Virus record (IMG/VR): IMGVR_UViG_3300042350_004191
Location: 62,001 to 126,000 of that record
Length of the DNA stretch: 64,000 nucleotides
Reading direction: 5' to 3' (one strand)
A program made the translations under genes and the position numbers. A model generated the notes under the pieces. The model had not been told where the DNA came from. It did no database searches and saw only the letters and a list, made by a program, of their open reading frames with translations. This document shows positions 60,019 to 64,000 of the stretch, in pieces. Position 1 is the stretch's first letter, and each line of letters begins with the position of its first letter.

Positions 60019-60293
60019 AAATTTGTTTCCTCTTTCAAGATTTCAGGAAATGTTGATACAATCTTAGGTGTCATTTCATCTAGATATTGTATTTCTTCTT
60101 CCAAATAAGGATTGTGAATATAAACGTTTTTTGGAGAAACTTGTGGGTTTTGTTTTTTTAGTTTATATGCTAATTCAAAAATTGATTCAACGTCTTTTTT
60201 GTCCCATTCAGCACAAACATCACACCCAGACGCAAACAATAAAGCCTCTGTGAGGTATTGAGCATCTTTTTCAGAAACTTTTATGTTTACCAT
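60015..60293 (-). CDS. Hypothetical protein
   Basis: Follows a near-consensus sigma70 promoter; ATGA-type overlap with the kinase gene. Confidence 0.65.
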   Translation of the reverse strand: MVNIKVSEKDAQYLTEALLFASGCDVCAEWDKKDVESIFELAYKLKKQNPQVSPKNVYIHNPYLEEEIQYLDEMTPKIVSTFPEILKEETNL

Positions 60294-60300
60294 ATACTAG

Positions 60301-60329
60301 AGTTTAGTATATGTTACTAAGAATGTCAA
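60301..60329 (-). promoter_or_regulatory. sigma70 promoter
   Basis: Minus strand TTGACA-17 nt-TAAACT, 7 nt before the ATG at 60293. Confidence 0.75.
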
Positions 60330-60694
60330 ATATTTTTTTCAGTAGGAATAGATCTTAACAATTCTTCGATTTGTTTTTCTTTTTCTTGTAAAGTGTCAGC
60401 ATTAACACTACCAGAACTTAAATCTGAAATAATTCTATCAACATTTTCATCTTCTCGATTTAATAAAGATAATAAACGAATTATTTTTTTAACCCAATCT
60501 ACTTTAATACTATCTTCTTCTACTTCGTCTAGTGCTGATGGTTTATTGATGTTTAATTCTTGAGTAGTATCATTAGCATCACCAATATTGGTATCTGGAG
60601 TCATTTCAGGCATAACATCAACATTCTGTTGTTGATCTTGTTCAGCCAAATAATCTTTTGCAATAGTTTTGTATAAATCAGAAAATTGTCCCAT
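60326..60694 (-). CDS. Acidic hypothetical late protein
   Basis: TGTAAATA on the minus strand at 60701-60708; N-terminus MGQFSDLYKTIAKDYLAE. Confidence 0.65.
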   Translation of the reverse strand: MGQFSDLYKTIAKDYLAEQDQQQNVDVMPEMTPDTNIGDANDTTQELNINKPSALDEVEEDSIKVDWVKKIIRLLSLLNREDENVDRIISDLSSGSVNADTLQEKEKQIEELLRSIPTEKNI

Positions 60695-60729
60695 ATGATA
60701 TATTTACAACGTATATGAAATAATTTAAG

Positions 60730-60745
60730 GATAAATATAAATAAT
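60730..60745 (+). promoter_or_regulatory. Tandem late promoter GATAAATATAAATAAT
   Basis: Contains perfect TATAAATA at 60736-60743, 11 nt before the ATG at 60755. Confidence 0.7.
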
Positions 60746-60754
60746 CTATCCAAT

Positions 60755-63700
60755 ATGCAATATATAAGTACCGAAGGTTTATTAATCGATACAGTAAACA
60801 AAGAAGCAAGAATTTTAGGAGTTACTAATACTGTTAGTTCAAATTCTGTTGCTTTTTTAGGAGATAACAATAATACATCTTTTTCTAGTATATCTTTCGG
60901 CGGAACTAGTAATAGCTCTAATAACAATGCTTTAACGGTTGCTGGTTCAAACAACGTTGTGGATGGTTCTTTATCATTTGATAGTACTAGCAGTCAAATA
61001 TCTTCTGATTCAGTTGATTTTAAAAGTATAAACTTAAAATCTCAGGACGGTTCGGTTTCTTTTAAAACAAATTCTAGCAGTTTGACTGCAAGTTTAGGTA
61101 TACAAAGTTCAAACGATGCTATAAACAACAATTCTGCTGCAATTTTAAGTAGGAATAACAATATCAATAACTCTTCTGTTGCAATAAACAGCATTAATAA
61201 CACATTAAATTTAAGTTCTTTTAATGTTTTAACAACCAACAGCAATACAAGAGATAGATCTGCATTGTTTAATTCTCTTTCTACAACAGCATCTCTTTCA
61301 TCTGTTGGTATTTTAGCAAATTTTTCAAATATTCAAAATTCATCTGTTGTATTAAACTCTTTAAGCAGTAATACAAACAACAAATCTATAGAATTTTTAG
61401 GTAATAACAACACAGTTACACAAAATTCTTTAGGAATAAATTCAACAAATACTAATATAAACAACAATTCTGTTAGTATAGGGGGAACCAATAATTTTGT
61501 TTCCGTTAATTCATTAAACATCAATTCTTCAGCATCAAATATTACAAATCAATCAGAAGGATTGTTTTTAGATAGAACCACATTAGATAATAATTCTTTT
61601 AGTATTGGTGGTAGTGGAAATAACATAAGAAATTCTTCGATTGGTATCAATCCTTTAAGTTCTAACATACTTGAAAGCTCAGTAGGAATTTATACTGTAA
61701 GAAATACAGTAAACAATAAATCTTTTGCTGTAAATGCGGACACAACTACGGTCAACCTTAGTTCTTTAGGTATAAATGTATCTGAATCTAATATTAATAA
61801 TCAATCAGAAGGCATTTACTTAAACAAGACTAATGTAAACAATAATTCTATTGCTATAGGAAGTGATAGTATAAATGTTTCAGATCGTTCTTTTGTTTTA
61901 AATACAACAAATTCTAATGTATCTAGCAATTCTTATGGAGCTTTTACTAATAATACCAACCTAAACCTCAGTTCATTTGCGATTGGTGGTTTTAATAATA
62001 CGCTGGCAAACAGATCTTTCGGTATTAATTCAAATACATCCAACATATCTAGTAATTCTGTTGGGATTTATACTACAAATACAAATGTAAACCTTAGTTC
62101 ATTCGCAGTCGGTGGTCGGAATAATACTGTGGTGAATAATTCTTTTGGTTTGAATTCTTTAAATTCAAACATATCTGGTAATTCTGTAGGGATAAATGTA
62201 AATTCATCTAATTTACTATTGAGTTCATTAGGTATAAACTCTTTAAACAGTTCTATAACTTCAGGCTTTGCTCACAATTCAATTAGCGTACAATCCATAA
62301 GCTCTATAGCATTAAACACGACAAATTCTCAATTGAGCAGTTCTGTTATTGTAATAGGTAACAATAATGCAGTGAACAATTCAGTATTGTTTAATGGTAA
62401 TAACAATCTTACACAGGACAATTCGGTTGCGATTTCTTCTAATTCAAACAATCTAAGTGCAAATGCATTTTCTACATTATCAAATACTGTAACAGCAAGA
62501 AGAAATGCTACTGTTTTTAATTCTACAAACAGCGTAGTATCTTCGAATGCAATACAAATAAATGGTATTAATAACAATGTTGATAATAATAGTATTTCTA
62601 TTTTAGGAAGCACAAATACTATAACCTTAACCTCTGTTGGTATTGTTTCTGATGTTAGTAGAATCATTAACAACTCAACAAACATTAACAGTTTAAGAAA
62701 TATTGTTTCTGCAAGATCTGTTTCAATAAACACAGGTTCTACAACTTTGATAGATAAAGGAATTGCAATCGGTTCTTTAAATTCAAACGTATCTACTGGT
62801 TCTATAAGTTTTAATAGTAATAGCGTAATTTTACAATTAAGTGGTATAGATATATCTGGACGCAGTAATACTGTCCAAAATAGATCCACAAATATAAACG
62901 GAAGTAATAACACGGTCCAAAATGACAGTGCTACATTTAATACTATAAACAGTACAGCCTCTGCAAATTCACTAATCTTTGGTGGTGGCTTAAACAGATC
63001 AGTTATCAATTCACTTGTAATGAATTCAAGTGGTAGTAGAGCATCTGATGGTAGTTCTGTCATAGGTGGAAGATCTACTACCGCAAATTTAAGTTCTGCT
63101 GCAATTAATACATTCAATTCTCAAATAAATGGCATTAACTCTTTAGTTTTGGGTGGTAGTGGTCATAATTTTAGATCAGGAAATTCTGTATATTTAGGCG
63201 GTAAAGATAACGAAGCTGCTTCTACATACGGAGGAACTACCATTGGTGATAAATCTATAATTTTAGGTGGTGAAAAGGTTAGAATAGGATCTAATAGTAT
63301 TGCAGTTGGAGGACTAAACAACAATTTACAAAATGGTTCTATTACACTCGGTGGTAGTGGAAATGATACAGCATCTTTCAGTAATGTTGTTATTATAGGA
63401 AGAAACAACGTGACAGCAAACAGGGGTGACATAGTTTATCTTCCTGAAATTAATGCTTTGGGTAACTTAACAATCACAGGTAACGTATCCGCTTCTGGTA
63501 CATTTACAAATGTCAGTACTACCACAGGCACAGTTTCTTCTTTGGAATTAAATAACCTTTTATATCCTTTACATACTCTGGTTGTTAATCAAAACACACA
63601 AGCAGGAAATACTTTTGAAACTGCATTGTTTAGTTTTTACAACAACCCAAGAATGTCTGTTAACAACACTGGCGTTGCAATTAATACATTTGAAAGAACA

Positions 63701-64000
63701 ACCAATCCAAATCAAGCATTAACTGTTAAAGGTAATGTGTCTGCATCTGGAGGAATGAACCTTGAAGGAACATTAAATTTGGGTTTTGATACAAACTTGT
63801 ATCGTTCTGATACCAATGTTCTCAAAACAGATGACAATTTAAATGTTGGAATATTAGCAACAGGAAACACAGACAACGTAATAACACACAGTTCAAATAC
63901 ATTACAACAAAGAAATATAAATCCTAGAGCATGGGATACTACAGCGACTTTCTTGAGTGGTAGTCCAACAGTAAATCGTGTTGTTAAACTCACAAATACA
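60755..64000 (+). CDS. Long Asn/Ser-rich beta-solenoid fibre (14-aa YadA-head-like repeats), 3'-truncated; absent from the ORF track
   Basis: Manual translation from ATG 60755 (MQYISTEGLLIDTVNKEARILG...) stayed open to base 64000 (1,082 codons) wherever checked. Repeats such as NNSVSIGGTNNFVS; C-terminal QALTVKGNVSASG and DTNLYRSDTNVLKTDD fibre motifs. Confidence 0.85.
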   Translation, partial: MQYISTEGLLIDTVNKEARILGVTNTVSSNSVAFLGDNNNTSFSSISFGGTSNSSNNNALTVAGSNNVVDGSLSFDSTSSQISSDSVDFKSINLKSQDGSVSFKTNSSSLTASLGIQSSNDAINNNSAAILSRNNNINNSSVAINSINNTLNLSSFNVLTTNSNTRDRSALFNSLSTTASLSSVGILANFSNIQNSSVVLNSLSSNTNNKSIEFLGNNNTVTQNSLGINSTNTNINNNSVSIGGTNNFVSVNSLNINSSASNITNQSEGLFLDRTTLDNNSFSIGGSGNNIRNSSIGINPLSSNILESSVGIYTVRNTVNNKSFAVNADTTTVNLSSLGINVSESNINNQSEGIYLNKTNVNNNSIAIGSDSINVSDRSFVLNTTNSNVSSNSYGAFTNNTNLNLSSFAIGGFNNTLANRSFGINSNTSNISSNSVGIYTTNTNVNLSSFAVGGRNNTVVNNSFGLNSLNSNISGNSVGINVNSSNLLLSSLGINSLNSSITSGFAHNSISVQSISSIALNTTNSQLSSSVIVIGNNNAVNNSVLFNGNNNLTQDNSVAISSNSNNLSANAFSTLSNTVTARRNATVFNSTNSVVSSNAIQINGINNNVDNNSISILGSTNTITLTSVGIVSDVSRIINNSTNINSLRNIVSARSVSINTGSTTLIDKGIAIGSLNSNVSTGSISFNSNSVILQLSGIDISGRSNTVQNRSTNINGSNNTVQNDSATFNTINSTASANSLIFGGGLNRSVINSLVMNSSGSRASDGSSVIGGRSTTANLSSAAINTFNSQINGINSLVLGGSGHNFRSGNSVYLGGKDNEAASTYGGTTIGDKSIILGGEKVRIGSNSIAVGGLNNNLQNGSITLGGSGNDTASFSNVVIIGRNNVTANRGDIVYLPEINALGNLTITGNVSASGTFTNVSTTTGTVSSLELNNLLYPLHTLVVNQNTQAGNTFETALFSFYNNPRMSVNNTGVAINTFERTTNPNQALTVKGNVSASGGMNLEGTLNLGFDTNLYRSDTNVLKTDDNLNVGILATGNTDNVITHSSNTLQQRNINPRAWDTTATFLSGSPTVNRVVKLTNT

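Noticed and set aside
60601-63993. Minus-strand ORFs 60601..60954, 61042..61245, 61333..61524, 62329..63117, 63163..63432 and 63712..63993
   Set aside because: They are antisense shadows of the long + strand Asn/Ser-rich gene; their Leu/Glu/Phe-rich text is what reverse-complemented AAT/TCT/AAC codons give.

Overview
This 64-kb window is AT-rich, gene-dense DNA from a large T4-superfamily myophage, apparently of a divergent lineage. Standard code 11 fits, and I saw no tRNA, rRNA, CRISPR array or integrase. Recognisable core genes are neck gp13, head-completion gp4, prohead protease gp21, scaffold gp22, major capsid gp23, probable small terminase gp16, clamp loader gp44 and a distant probable gp62, baseplate gp25 and gp6, tail terminator gp15, primase gp61, a GroES/gp31-like co-chaperonin and a DinG-like Fe-S helicase. 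Most of the rest encodes an elaborate set of virion appendages: beta-propeller/PKD/LamG proteins, G-X-T collagen fibres with C1q/BclA-CTD-like heads, and a >1,082-aa 14-residue-repeat beta-solenoid at 60755->64000 that the ORF track missed. Best leads: (1) a recurrent gene-pair grammar, seen five times, in which a protein ending in a short L-x-T-x-x-G-x-x-L type peptide is followed by a protein starting with a shared ~40-aa module, suggesting plug-and-socket fibre attachment; (2) a BclA-like Thr-rich collagen cluster converging on a glycosyltransferase/methyltransferase operon and carrying a Nal1-type serine protease; (3) a paralogue family with swappable Cys-rich knob inserts; (4) near-leaderless, Shine-Dalgarno-free transcripts from both sigma70-type and T4-late-type promoters, several with hairpins over the start region. 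All protein calls come from motif recognition by eye, without database searches.
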